A stretch of 57,322 bases of DNA, from positions 1 through 57,322 of the forward strand of contig CAMBFD010000006.1 of NCBI GenBank assembly GCA_945865625.1, in the 5' to 3' direction. This document shows, piece by piece, positions 46,967 to 57,322 of the stretch. The notes beneath the pieces are model-generated. The model was not told the DNA's origin. It made no database searches and was given only the letters and a program-made list of their open reading frames with translations. The DNA is from Chitinophaga pinensis (GTDB taxonomy: Bacteria; Bacteroidota; Bacteroidia; NS11-12g; UBA955). Made by a program: the position numbers and the translations under genes. The stretch's first letter is position 1. Every line of letters begins with the position of its first letter.

Positions 46967-49227
46967 TTCAATTTATCTTGAGCTTCACAAACACCAAGCG
47001 CCACCATGTTCAAAATTTCACGAACATTTGAGCTATGGTGTAAAATATGAACTGACTTGTTGAATCCTAACAAAACAGGACCAATTGCATCAATTCCACC
47101 CATTGTTCTCATTAATTGATAAGCTGCGTTTCCACTGCTTAAATCGGCGAAGATGTATGTATTTGCTGCGCCCTTGCCTAATTTGTTAAACGGATAAATT
47201 GATTGACGCAATTCACCATTTACTGCGTATACGGGTTGCATTTCACCATCGACTATAATTTCTGGACGTTCAGCATGCAATCGAGCCACAACCCTTCTCA
47301 TCATATCTGGGGAGTTTCCTTTATTAGAACCAAAATTAGAATATGAAATCAAGGCAATTCTTGGTTCAATTTGAAAGGTCTTTACGCGGTGATAAACATT
47401 GGTAACCATCGTATACAACTCGTTTTCAGTATATGAAACGTTAACTGTAGTATCGGCAAAGAACATTGGACCAGATTTAGACATCATGATATGCATTCCT
47501 GATATTTTCGATGAATTTTCATTCATCGTAATACAACTCATTGCCGGTTTTAATGCCAATGGGTAACTTCTTGTTAACCCTGAAATAAAAACATCAGCAT
47601 CACCGCTTTCAACCATCATTGAACCGAAATAATTTCGATTTCTCATTTGGTATTCAGCTTCGTAATACGATACACCCTTGCGACTGCGTTTATCGAATAG
47701 CATTTTTCCATATTTCGCGCGTTGTTCATCTTCTCTTCGAGGATCAATAATGGTTACATTTGGAATTTCGATGCTATTTTCTTCCAATAAACGTTGAATC
47801 ACTTCAGGCTTTCCTAATAAAATAGGCTTTGCAATATTTTCAGATATGCAAGCTTGAGCCGCTCTCAAAATTCTTACGTTATCGGCTTCAGCAAAAACAA
47901 CACGCTTTGGATCGCGCTTTGCTTTTGTCATTAATCTATTCACAAAATCGTTATCGATGCCCAAACGCTTTCTCAGGTAATCTCTGTATGCATCCCAATC
48001 GGTAATTGGTGCTTTAGCCACACCGCTATCCATTGCCGCTTTTGCAACTGCTGGAGCAACGGTTGTTAACAAACGAGGGTCCATTGGTTTTGGAATGATA
48101 TAATTTCTACCAAAGGCCATATTTCCCTCATTATAAGCCATCATAACCACTTCCGGAACTGGCTCTAAAGCCAAATCTGCAATGGCTCTAACAGCAGCCA
48201 ATTTCATTTCTTCATTAATCGTAGTGGCGCGAACATCCAGAGCACCTCTAAAAATGAATGGAAATCCCAAAACGTTGTTTACTTGGTTCGGAAAATCACT
48301 TCTTCCGGTAGCCATCACTAAATCTGGACGGGTTTGAATTGCCAAATTATAATCAATTTCAGGATCAGGATTTGCCATTGCAAAAACGATTGGATCGTTT
48401 GCCATTGACAAAATCATATCTGGGGTTAAAATATTCCCTTTACTCAATCCCACAAAAACATCAGCATCTTTCAATGCATCTTCGAGGGTGTAAATATCTC
48501 TGTTTGATGCAAATTGAATTTTATATTTATCAAGATCATCTCTATCGGTTCGCAATACTCCTTTAGAATCGAGCATCACTAAATTTTCTTTTTTAATTCC
48601 GAGGGATACAAAAAGCTTAGTGCAGGCTATTGCAGAAGCACCCGCGCCGTTCACAACAAGTCGAACTTCTTCAATTTTCTTTTCAATAATTTTCAATGCA
48701 TTTAACAAACCAGCACCAGAAATGATTGCGGTACCATGCTGATCATCGTGCATAATTGGAATTTTCAATTCGGCTTTTAAACGCTCTTCGATTTCGAAAC
48801 TTTCAGGGGCTTTAATGTCTTCTAGGTTAATGCCACCAAAAGTTGGCTCCATGGCTTTAACTGTATTTACAAAGTCGTCGATACTTTTACAGTTTAACTC
48901 AATATCAAACACATCGATATCGGCAAAAATCTTGAACAAGATACCTTTCCCTTCCATCACTGGCTTTGAGGCTTCTGGTCCAATATCTCCAAGTCCTAAA
49001 ACCGCAGTACCATTGGAAATAACAGCCACCAAATTTCCTTTGGCGGTGTATTTGTAAACATCTTCTACATTTTCTGCAATTCTTAAGCAAGGTTCGGCAA
49101 CTCCAGGTGAATATGCCAATGCTAAATCGAATTGCGTTTGCGTAGGTTTGGTAGAAACAACTTCAATCTTGCCCGGTCTACCATCTGCATGATAGCTCAA
49201 TGCATCTAAAAACTTCTTATCTGCCAT
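46963..49227 (-). CDS. maeB: NADP-dependent malic enzyme fused to a PTA-like domain
   Basis: ALSYH...GK, AYSPGVA, NLEDI, HDDQHGT, GRSD.PNQVNN and a C-terminal PTA-like domain. ATG 49227 follows TATATTTG. Confidence 0.95.
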   Translation of the reverse strand: MADKKFLDALSYHADGRPGKIEVVSTKPTQTQFDLALAYSPGVAEPCLRIAENVEDVYKYTAKGNLVAVISNGTAVLGLGDIGPEASKPVMEGKGILFKIFADIDVFDIELNCKSIDDFVNTVKAMEPTFGGINLEDIKAPESFEIEERLKAELKIPIMHDDQHGTAIISGAGLLNALKIIEKKIEEVRLVVNGAGASAIACTKLFVSLGIKKENLVMLDSKGVLRTDRDDLDKYKIQFASNRDIYTLEDALKDADVFVGLSKGNILTPDMILSMANDPIVFAMANPDPEIDYNLAIQTRPDLVMATGRSDFPNQVNNVLGFPFIFRGALDVRATTINEEMKLAAVRAIADLALEPVPEVVMMAYNEGNMAFGRNYIIPKPMDPRLLTTVAPAVAKAAMDSGVAKAPITDWDAYRDYLRKRLGIDNDFVNRLMTKAKRDPKRVVFAEADNVRILRAAQACISENIAKPILLGKPEVIQRLLEENSIEIPNVTIIDPRREDEQRAKYGKMLFDKRSRKGVSYYEAEYQMRNRNYFGSMMVESGDADVFISGLTRSYPLALKPAMSCITMNENSSKISGMHIMMSKSGPMFFADTTVNVSYTENELYTMVTNVYHRVKTFQIEPRIALISYSNFGSNKGNSPDMMRRVVARLHAERPEIIVDGEMQPVYAVNGELRQSIYPFNKLGKGAANTYIFADLSSGNAAYQLMRTMGGIDAIGPVLLGFNKSVHILHHSSNVREILNMVALGVCEAQDKLK

Positions 49228-49372
49228 ATTTAATTGCAAATATAGGATTATTTCGCTGGGGTTAGTAAATGTCATATTAACACTAACAAGATTTCACCAA
49301 GTAAAAATAAGTTTGAAAATCCCATTTACCTTTTGTTTAGATACGATATTAACCCTCATAAAATCAATCGTT

Positions 49373-51367
49373 ATGAAAAATACACTGACAGCAATTGCAC
49401 TTGGAACAATGGGAATTGTTACATTTATTCAATCAAATGACTCAAATTCCTTTAAAAATTTTAACAAAAAAATAATTCACAAAGATTCAATTAAAGTTTG
49501 GGCATTAGATAGCCAAGGAAACACAATCGATTCTGGATTTTTAAATCAATCGAATGAATTCACATTTCCACATTTAAAACCAGGTGTTTACAATGTAAAA
49601 ACAAAGAACTTTAAGACCAAAGAAGTGTATGCTTATCAATCTATAGACATTGCTTATCCAAATAAATTGATGAAGCTAAATGCGCAATTTAAAAATATCG
49701 CAAAACGGATCGTCCCAACGAACAAAGTTGTTACAGACACTGCTAGCATAAAAGGCGAATTGATCTATTCATGGGATTTTGGCGATAAAACTTCCGAAAA
49801 AATGATCAGAACAAAAGATGCAGAATATGACAAATCCTATTCTGTGGCTCCAAGTTTAGAAATGTCGGCACCTGTTACTTCTGGTATGTCGACCCGAAAA
49901 ATGGCAACTTCCGATGGCAAAATCACTTCGCCAAAAACTTCAGGTAGAGTTTCAAAAACAGCTGATAGACATGACATTGGCGCCGATTATAAAAAACCGG
50001 CTGCAACTGAAGGTTCTGCAAGGGTTTTAACCGCTGGAATCTGGAATGATTTAGAACATTGGGATAAATTCGAAAAAACGCATGCCGATATAAATGTGCA
50101 AACTGTACAAAATACTTGGGGAATTTATTTAATGAACCACCGGTATGGGGTTGAAATTTATGACCAAAGCAATAAACCTGTGATTGGCGAAAAAGTGTCC
50201 CTAAAAAATAAAGAAGGTCAGTTAATTTGGGAAGCGCAAACCGACAATCGCGGGAAGGCCGAACTTTGGTACAATCCGAATGAAAAAGCAATGCCAATGG
50301 ATGCATTCATGAAAATTTCAATCGTCATTGACGGTAAAATAATCAATTTGGGCAAAATCAAGCCTACAGGCATGGGATACGATCGATTTAACTTAAGTGA
50401 AAAAGCGGTTGTAAAGTCAGAAGTTGATGTTTGTTTTGTGGTAGATGCTACAGGGTCAATGGGCGATGAAATCAATTATTTAAAGGAAGAATTGATGGAT
50501 GTAATGATGCAATTTCAACAATCTGCACCCTGCTCTCCGATTCGTTTGAGTTCTGTTTTTTATAAAGATTATGGCGATGATTATGTAACCCGCAAAATGC
50601 CATTTGTGAATCGCATTGACGATGTTGTATCGTTTGTAAGTGAGCAATACGCTGGTGGCGGAGGTGATTTCCCTGAAGCCGTTCAAACAGGATTGGATGT
50701 TGCAATCAATGAAATGGATTGGAACGAAAAAGCATTGACAAAAATTATCTTTTTAATTTTGGATGCACCTCCTCACGATCAAAATGCAAAAGACATTCAA
50801 GTATTGCTTAAAAAGGCAAGTGCTAAAGGCATTAAAATCATTCCGATTACTGCGAGTGGCATCAATCAATCGACTGAATTTTGCATGAAGTATTTGTCTG
50901 CCGGAACCGGTGGTGATTATATCTATATCACAGATCATTCTGGCGTAGGTGGAAGCCATATCAAGCCAACCGGCGTGAAAGAAGATGTAGATCTTCTCAA
51001 TACTCAAATTTTAAAAACATTGAAGAAATATAGCCAATGGGAAGGCTGTAAAAAAGACAATGAAATGAACCAACCTACTGAACCAAGAGTTGATATATTT
51101 GGCAACAATCAATTGCAAATCACAGCGTTCCCCAATCCAGCTACAAATTATATTCAAGTTAAAACCAACGTAAAGGCGAGTCAAATTACGATTACTGCAA
51201 TGAATGGAAAACTCATTTCTGAAATCAAAGCGACGAATGATCTAGAAAACACGATAAACCTAGGCAGCATTTCAGATGGTTTGTATATTTTGACCGTAAT
51301 TTTGGAGGGACAAGCCTTTAGTAATAAATTTTTCGTAAGTCATTCTCAACAAGCACAATTGGATTAA
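49373..51367 (+). CDS. Secreted vWA-domain protein with T9SS type A sorting domain
   Basis: Hydrophobic N-terminus from ATG 49373, MIDAS DATGSM, GGGDFPEA, DAPPH and an FPNPA...GLY.L tail. Confidence 0.85.
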   Translation: MKNTLTAIALGTMGIVTFIQSNDSNSFKNFNKKIIHKDSIKVWALDSQGNTIDSGFLNQSNEFTFPHLKPGVYNVKTKNFKTKEVYAYQSIDIAYPNKLMKLNAQFKNIAKRIVPTNKVVTDTASIKGELIYSWDFGDKTSEKMIRTKDAEYDKSYSVAPSLEMSAPVTSGMSTRKMATSDGKITSPKTSGRVSKTADRHDIGADYKKPAATEGSARVLTAGIWNDLEHWDKFEKTHADINVQTVQNTWGIYLMNHRYGVEIYDQSNKPVIGEKVSLKNKEGQLIWEAQTDNRGKAELWYNPNEKAMPMDAFMKISIVIDGKIINLGKIKPTGMGYDRFNLSEKAVVKSEVDVCFVVDATGSMGDEINYLKEELMDVMMQFQQSAPCSPIRLSSVFYKDYGDDYVTRKMPFVNRIDDVVSFVSEQYAGGGGDFPEAVQTGLDVAINEMDWNEKALTKIIFLILDAPPHDQNAKDIQVLLKKASAKGIKIIPITASGINQSTEFCMKYLSAGTGGDYIYITDHSGVGGSHIKPTGVKEDVDLLNTQILKTLKKYSQWEGCKKDNEMNQPTEPRVDIFGNNQLQITAFPNPATNYIQVKTNVKASQITITAMNGKLISEIKATNDLENTINLGSISDGLYILTVILEGQAFSNKFFVSHSQQAQLD

Positions 51368-51444
51368 ATCGGGTTAAAAAGGTGCACAACTTTTATTGTT
51401 TTGAGTGAATATTTTGACTGCCGGAGATTATTTTTGCAAGAGTT

Positions 51445-52857
51445 ATGACACAATACCGCATTGAACACGATACCATGGGCGAGGTAAAAGTACCTGCTAA
51501 TGCCTATTGGGGAGCCCAAACTGAACGCAGTCGCAATAATTTTAAAATTGGACCTGAAGGCAGCATGCCAATTGAGATTATCCGTGCATTTGGAGTCCTC
51601 AAAAAATGTGCTGCTGATGCAAATTTCAAATTGGGAGTTTTATCGGAAGAAAAGTATAAACTGATTGCCGACGCTTGCGATGAAATCATTGAAGGTAAAT
51701 TAGACAAAGAATTTCCTTTGGTAATTTGGCAAACTGGCTCAGGAACTCAAAGCAACATGAATGTAAATGAAGTGGTTGCAAACAGAGCCCATGTAAAACA
51801 AGGTGGTAATTTAACAGATGAAAACAAAGTCCTTCATCCGAATGACGATGTGAATAAGAGCCAAAGTAGTAACGACACCTTCCCTACAGCCATGAGCATC
51901 GCTGTATTTAAACAGGTTGTTGATTATACTTTACCTGGTTTACAAGCGTTAAAAACAACTTTAAAGCATAAAGCAAGAGAATATAAAGACATTGTAAAAA
52001 TTGGCCGTACGCATTTTATGGATGCTACTCCTTTAACATTAGGTCAAGAATTCAGCGGATACGTAACTCAATTAGACAATGGCATTGCTGCAATCAACAG
52101 AGCAATGTTGCCTGCGTCCGAATTGGCTTTAGGTGGCACTGCTGTAGGAACAGGATTGAACACCCCGAAAGGCTATTCTGAATTGGTTGCGCAATTAATT
52201 GCGAAAGAAACTGGATTGCCATTGGTCACTGCTGAAAATAAATTTGAAGCACTTGCTGCTCATGATGCAATGGTTGAACTTCACGGTGCTTTGAAACGCG
52301 CTGCAATGAGTTGCTTTAAAATTGCAAACGACATCAGAATGCTAAGTTCTGGCCCAAGAAGCGGAATTGGTGAAATCAATATCCCAGAAAACGAGCCAGG
52401 TTCTTCGATCATGCCAGGAAAAGTAAATCCTACCCAACCCGAAGCTTTAACCATGGTTTGTGCTCAAGTCTTAGGCAACGATGTTACTGTTTCTTTTGCT
52501 GCGTCGCAAGGTCATTTTGAGTTAAATGTTTTCAAGCCAGTAATTGCCGTAAATATGTTGCAAAGTGCTCGTTTATTGGGACAGGCTTGCTTAAGTTTCA
52601 ACGATAACTGTGCAGTTGGAATTGAACCAAACCACGATAATATTAAACGCTTAGTTGATCAAAGTTTGATGCTCGTAACGGCTTTAAATACCCATATTGG
52701 TTATGAAAACGCGGCTAAAATTGCTAAAAAAGCACACAAAGAAGGCACTACATTAAAAGAAGCTGCCATCGCTTTAAACTTACTCACCGATGAGCAATTT
52801 AACGAATGGGTAAGACCTGAGAATATGGTTGGCAATCCTGACGAAACAATAAAATAG
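51445..52857 (+). CDS. fumC: Fumarate hydratase class II
   Basis: [19 protein letters not shown] and [11 protein letters not shown]. Confidence 0.97.
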   Translation: MTQYRIEHDTMGEVKVPANAYWGAQTERSRNNFKIGPEGSMPIEIIRAFGVLKKCAADANFKLGVLSEEKYKLIADACDEIIEGKLDKEFPLVIWQTGSGTQSNMNVNEVVANRAHVKQGGNLTDENKVLHPNDDVNKSQSSNDTFPTAMSIAVFKQVVDYTLPGLQALKTTLKHKAREYKDIVKIGRTHFMDATPLTLGQEFSGYVTQLDNGIAAINRAMLPASELALGGTAVGTGLNTPKGYSELVAQLIAKETGLPLVTAENKFEALAAHDAMVELHGALKRAAMSCFKIANDIRMLSSGPRSGIGEINIPENEPGSSIMPGKVNPTQPEALTMVCAQVLGNDVTVSFAASQGHFELNVFKPVIAVNMLQSARLLGQACLSFNDNCAVGIEPNHDNIKRLVDQSLMLVTALNTHIGYENAAKIAKKAHKEGTTLKEAAIALNLLTDEQFNEWVRPENMVGNPDETIK

Positions 52858-52878
52858 TTTTAAATATAACAATCATTT

Positions 52879-52903
52879 AAGGGAGTGGCAACGCTCCCTT
52901 TTT
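52879..52903 (+). terminator. Rho-independent terminator of fumC
   Basis: AAGGGAGTG-GCAA-CGCTCCCTTTTT with a GNRA loop. Confidence 0.85.
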
Positions 52904-52912
52904 CATTCAAAT

Positions 52913-53749
52913 ATGTTTACACTTCAGTCAAAAGGAAAATTACTTTCACTCGATTCGCCGGTTGTGATGGGAATTGTGAATCTCACGAGTGATTCATTTT
53001 ATGCAGAAAGTAGATCGCAATCTGTTTCAGAAGCATTGACTCATATTGAATCGATGATTTGCGATGGAGTTAGCATTATAGATCTTGGGGCTCAAAGCAC
53101 TCGACCTGGAGCAACGCTCCTTTCCGATTCACATGAGCTCAACCAGTTAATTCCGGTGATAGAAGCCGTGCGAGAAAAATTCCCTGATATTTGGATAAGC
53201 ATCGATACATTTTATGCTAAAGTTGCAGATGAATGTATTTTAGCTGGTGCCCATATCATTAACGATATTTCTGCTGGAGAATTCGAACCACAAATGTTAG
53301 ACGTTGTTGCAAAACATAAGGTTCCATTCATTGCAATGCATAAAAAAGGGAATCCTCAAAACATGCATTTGAATCCTGAATATGAAAATGTGACCCAAGA
53401 AGTATTGAACTATTTTGTTACCAAAAAGAATCTATTCGAGAAAATGGGTATATACGATTGGATTTTAGATTTGGGTTTTGGTTTTGGGAAAACAGTTTCA
53501 CACAATTTCCAACTTTTAAATGATTCCGAAGTTTTTTCTGTGATAGGTAGACCAGTTTTAACGGGTATTTCAAGAAAAAGTATGATTTACAAACCACTGA
53601 ATATAAGCCAAAGTGAAGCCTTAAATGGCACAACTGCTTTAAATATGATTGCTTTAGACCATGGGAGCCATATTCTTAGGGTTCACGATGTGAAAGAAGC
53701 CTTTGAATGCATTGAATTGTATTGTCTTTTAAAAAATAAAAAGAGATAG
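52913..53749 (+). CDS. folP: Dihydropteroate synthase
   Basis: MGIVN.T.DSF, STRPG, SIDT, IND, GFGFGK, SRK and RVHDV. Confidence 0.95.
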   Translation: MFTLQSKGKLLSLDSPVVMGIVNLTSDSFYAESRSQSVSEALTHIESMICDGVSIIDLGAQSTRPGATLLSDSHELNQLIPVIEAVREKFPDIWISIDTFYAKVADECILAGAHIINDISAGEFEPQMLDVVAKHKVPFIAMHKKGNPQNMHLNPEYENVTQEVLNYFVTKKNLFEKMGIYDWILDLGFGFGKTVSHNFQLLNDSEVFSVIGRPVLTGISRKSMIYKPLNISQSEALNGTTALNMIALDHGSHILRVHDVKEAFECIELYCLLKNKKR

Positions 53750-53783
53750 ATTGAAATCCATTTCAATTGAGTAATTTTGTATC

Positions 53784-54440
53784 ATGTCTGCTATCATCGC
53801 ACCGTCGATTTTATCTGCCAATTTTGGCAAACTTTACGAAGAAATAGAAATGATTAACAACAGTGAGGCTGGTTGGTTTCACGTTGATGTTATGGATGGA
53901 GTATTTGTTCCAAACATTTCTTTTGGATTTCCTTTAATGAAACCACTCAAAGAAAAGGCAGTGAAAACGTTGGATGTTCATTTAATGATTGTTGATCCCG
54001 ACCGTTATATCAAAACGTTTGCCGAAGCTGGTGCCCATGTACTTACAGTTCATTATGAGGCATGCACCCACCTTCACCGTACTCTGAGCGAAATTAAAAA
54101 TCAAGGCATGAAAGCTGGAGTTGCATTAAATCCACACACTCCTGTTTCATTATTGAGGGACGTTTTACCGCTTTGTGATTTGGTTTGCTTAATGAGTGTA
54201 AATCCAGGCTTTGGTGGTCAAAAATTCATTGAAAATACATACAATAAGATTATCGAACTCAAAGCAATGATTTTAGAATTGGGCTTGAATACCCTCATTG
54301 AAATTGATGGCGGCGTTGCTTTAAACAATGCTCTGCTACTCACAAAAGCGGGTGCAGATGTTTTGGTTGCTGGCAATACAGTTTTTGGTTCTGAAAACCC
54401 TACCAAAACCATCGCCGAATTGGTGGAACTCACAAAATAA
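53784..54440 (+). CDS. rpe: Ribulose-phosphate 3-epimerase
   Basis: APSIL, HVDVMDG, DVHLM, MSVNPGFGGQ and EIDGG. Confidence 0.97.
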   Translation: MSAIIAPSILSANFGKLYEEIEMINNSEAGWFHVDVMDGVFVPNISFGFPLMKPLKEKAVKTLDVHLMIVDPDRYIKTFAEAGAHVLTVHYEACTHLHRTLSEIKNQGMKAGVALNPHTPVSLLRDVLPLCDLVCLMSVNPGFGGQKFIENTYNKIIELKAMILELGLNTLIEIDGGVALNNALLLTKAGADVLVAGNTVFGSENPTKTIAELVELTK

Positions 54441-54466
54441 ATAAACGTTTTTGGCGTTTAAATACA

Positions 54467-56905
54467 GTGAAACATCTCATTATCCTTTTTTTTGCAGCTT
54501 TTTGCTTTGGCTTAAACGCCCAAACTAAATTATCTGCCATTGTATTGGATAAAAAAAACAAACCTGTTAAAGGCGTTGAAATCTATTATTCTGAAGATTT
54601 AATTACAACAACCAATGAATTGGGATATTTCGAATTCAATGCGAAGTTCTTCCCTGTAATCATTCATGGATATCTTGGCAAGGACATTGTATTCGGATAT
54701 AAATTTACCTTGCAAAATTCTATCAATCGTGCTGATACAATTCATTTTGGAGATGGTGATGATTTGCTTTTGGCCGTCGAAATTATTAAAGGCGATAAAG
54801 GTACTTTTATAGATGAGGTTAAAACAAAAGAACTAAGGGCAAATCCTGCAATTGGATCTGGGATAGAATCACTCATTCAAACTTTGGGCGGTGTGAGTTC
54901 TGGAAATGAAATGTCGTCGCAGTTTGCAGTTAGAGGCGGCAATTTCGATGAAAACTTAATTTATGTAAACGATATTGAGATCATTCGTCCACAATTAATT
55001 CAAAGTGGACAACAAGAAGGATTGAGTTTTATCAATCCCGACTTGGTACAATCCGTAAAATTCAGTGCCGGAGGTTTTGAATCGCAATACGGCGATAAAA
55101 TGAGTTCTGTATTGGATGTAGAGTACATTAAACCCGATACTTTTAGATCACAAGTGAACTTAGGAACCATGATGAATTCTGCATCTGTTGAAGGATCTAA
55201 TAAAAAGGTGGCGGGACTTTTAAGTTTCAGACATTTTTCGAACTCATTGTTAACTGGAACATTAAATACAGCGGGTACTTATGCCATGAATTTTATGGAT
55301 GTACAAACATATTTAGAATGGAAACCTAGCATTCGATGGAACATTAACTTTTTAGGGAATTTTGCAACCAACGCCTTTCAGTTGTTACCTGAATCTAGAA
55401 CAACTGAATTTGGAACCGTTCAACAGGCCTATCAGCTCAATGTATTAATGGGTGGTCAAGAAAACATGAACTATAGATATGGATTGGGCGCATTGACGGT
55501 GAATTACCAAAGGAATTTAAACAACAGCTTCAAGTGGATATTGAGCATTACCGATATTAATGAACAAGAATATTTTGATATTGAAGGTGCTTACCAATTG
55601 AATGAACTTGACAGAGACATGAGCTCAAAATCTTACGGTAAACCACTAAGAACATTAGGTTATGGATATTATTTAAACCATGGAAGAAATCAACTTCGTT
55701 CACAAATATTGAATTTTTCTCACTTGGGTAATTTAGGGAAATCAACCTCTAAAATATCCATCAAATATGGAATTAGAATCAATCGAGAAACCGTAAAAGA
55801 TCGATTTCTACAGTGGTTGTATAACGACAGTGCAGATTATAACAGTGCAACGTTTAGTTACAGCCAAGATTCGATCATGCTCGACGATTATGTTCGAGCC
55901 TCTAACTCAATTCAATCATTCAGATATAGCGGCTTTATTCAATCAAAGATTGCGCTCAATAAAGCGAAAGGTCTTTGGATGACGTTTGGTGTGAGATCAA
56001 ATTATTGGAGCCTAAATAACGAGTTAATTGTGATGCCTCGTTTGAGTATAAAGTTTGAACCCAACAAACTATATAACTCAAAAGTTGACGACTCTTTAAA
56101 ACGAAAAGACATTGCATGGAAACTCTCAATTGGTGCTTATCACCAACCTCCATTCTACAGAGAGTTAAGAGATTTTGATGGAAATTTAAATACGGATGTG
56201 AAGTCTCAGAAATCATTCCATTTGGTTTTGGGAATGGACAGATATTTAACACTTTGGAATCGCAGATTTAAATATACTATTGAGGGATATTACAAATACA
56301 TGACCGACCTTGTACCCTATTTATTTGACAACATACGCATTCGTTATTATGCCAACAACAATTCAACAGGATATGCCTGGGGCGTTGATAATAGAATTTA
56401 TGGACAATTTAATAAGGGACTCGAAAGTTGGTTCACTGTGAGCATATTGGAAACCAAAGAACGCATCAATTATTTGAATAAAAACAATGAAATGGTACAA
56501 AGCGATTGGCTTCGTAGACCAACCGATAAACGCTTAAATTTTGCAATTGTTTTCCAAGATAGATTGGTGAAATACCCTTCAGTTAGAGTAAATTTAAGAC
56601 TTGTTGTTGGCACGGGAATGCCTTATTTCTTAGATGGAATGGCAAGGTATACAACAACGCCCAATGTAATTCCTCCTTATCGTAGGGTTGATATTGGATT
56701 TTCTAAAGTTTTAATTCAATCGAAATCGGGGAAATCTTTCCATGGCATCAATGAAGCTTGGTTTTCATTAGATATTTTCAATTTGTTAGACATTAATAAT
56801 GTGATTGCTTATAGCTGGGTTAAAGATCTTAATAACAATCGTTATGGTGTGCCTGAATATCTCACAGGCCGCAGAATTAATGCACGACTTTATTTTGTGT
56901 TTTAA
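54467..56905 (+). CDS. TonB-dependent receptor-like outer membrane protein
   Basis: Signal peptide, plug VRGG..DENL.Y.N, FSAGGF...YGDKMSSVLD, IFNLLD and C-terminal Phe. Confidence 0.9.
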   Translation: MKHLIILFFAAFCFGLNAQTKLSAIVLDKKNKPVKGVEIYYSEDLITTTNELGYFEFNAKFFPVIIHGYLGKDIVFGYKFTLQNSINRADTIHFGDGDDLLLAVEIIKGDKGTFIDEVKTKELRANPAIGSGIESLIQTLGGVSSGNEMSSQFAVRGGNFDENLIYVNDIEIIRPQLIQSGQQEGLSFINPDLVQSVKFSAGGFESQYGDKMSSVLDVEYIKPDTFRSQVNLGTMMNSASVEGSNKKVAGLLSFRHFSNSLLTGTLNTAGTYAMNFMDVQTYLEWKPSIRWNINFLGNFATNAFQLLPESRTTEFGTVQQAYQLNVLMGGQENMNYRYGLGALTVNYQRNLNNSFKWILSITDINEQEYFDIEGAYQLNELDRDMSSKSYGKPLRTLGYGYYLNHGRNQLRSQILNFSHLGNLGKSTSKISIKYGIRINRETVKDRFLQWLYNDSADYNSATFSYSQDSIMLDDYVRASNSIQSFRYSGFIQSKIALNKAKGLWMTFGVRSNYWSLNNELIVMPRLSIKFEPNKLYNSKVDDSLKRKDIAWKLSIGAYHQPPFYRELRDFDGNLNTDVKSQKSFHLVLGMDRYLTLWNRRFKYTIEGYYKYMTDLVPYLFDNIRIRYYANNNSTGYAWGVDNRIYGQFNKGLESWFTVSILETKERINYLNKNNEMVQSDWLRRPTDKRLNFAIVFQDRLVKYPSVRVNLRLVVGTGMPYFLDGMARYTTTPNVIPPYRRVDIGFSKVLIQSKSGKSFHGINEAWFSLDIFNLLDINNVIAYSWVKDLNNNRYGVPEYLTGRRINARLYFVF

Positions 56906-56907
56906 TG

Positions 56908-57322
56908 TTAATTGCCACCGCTTGGAGCCTCTGGAGCAGCAGGTGGATTTAAAGTATCATTACATTTCTTTAAATCAGTTTGCAAAGTTGTAACTTGTGA
57001 TTTCAATTTGGCAATTTCAGTATCTTTAGATTTGATGATGGCTCCTAATTGACCCATTTCCTCATCCATTCGAATGATTTGTTTTCTGAGTGCCGCATCA
57101 TCTCCTTTGAGCATTTCCAATTCTTTTTGGCAATCTTCATTTTTAGTTTTCAAATCTTCCAAATCTTTAGTGCATAAACCTAAATCAGAACTGAGTTTAG
57201 AAATTTTATCATTTTTACCAGCCAATTCTGATTTTAATTGATTCACCAAAGTTTGCAATTCATCACAATTTGTTAAGCTAGATGCTTTCAATTTGGCTTC
57301 CAAATCAGTAATTTTAGCATTT
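56908..57322 (-). CDS. 3' end of a coiled-coil protein (partial, open to the window end)
   Basis: Heptad pattern; the frame stays open upstream of the ORF-track start (...NAKITDLEAKLK); Pro/Ala tail. Confidence 0.7.
   Translation of the reverse strand, partial: NAKITDLEAKLKASSLTNCDELQTLVNQLKSELAGKNDKISKLSSDLGLCTKDLEDLKTKNEDCQKELEMLKGDDAALRKQIIRMDEEMGQLGAIIKSKDTEIAKLKSQVTTLQTDLKKCNDTLNPPAAPEAPSGGN

Noticed and set aside
7152-49372. ORF-track N-terminal extensions and apparent overlaps (7152, 9612, 25737, 49275, 49313; also 3234)
   Set aside because: They run through promoters, terminators or neighbouring genes; downstream starts fit homologue N-termini better.
442-56993. Many 60-140 aa ORFs antisense to or nested in larger genes (e.g. 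1943-2359, 20813-21124, 27824-28165, 49923-50306)
   Set aside because: They lie within well-supported genes and show no motifs; typical shadow ORFs.

Overview
AT-rich chromosomal backbone from a Bacteroidota bacterium. Evidence: type IX secretion C-terminal domains, TAnnTTTG '-7' promoters, A-rich leaders without Shine-Dalgarno sequences, and the purC-phoH/DUF62 and mltD-DUF4837 neighbourhoods. About 47 densely packed CDSs are mostly housekeeping (dnaX, dnaE, recF, dapD, purC, purN, pyrC, fumC, maeB, folP, rpe, trxA, rseP), plus two two-component pairs, three T9SS substrates and a TonB-dependent receptor. I see no rRNA, tRNA, CRISPR array, transposase, integrase or prophage. The interesting signal is mostly non-coding or recoding. 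(1) An A10 slippage tract in dnaX has stops in both shifted frames. (2) Three intergenic elements are built from GTTTA(G/A)N heptamers followed by their reverse complements. (3) A minus-strand regulatory module at 10.6-13.5 kb has tandem ECF-like and sigma54-like promoters, a 73-aa protein, LytS/LytTR, an XRE regulator and a candidate ~108-nt sRNA. (4) A perfect terminator lies inside the first codons of an LTA-synthase-family gene. (5) Several promoters overlap or appear leaderless. All functional calls come from motif recognition by eye; no searches were run.
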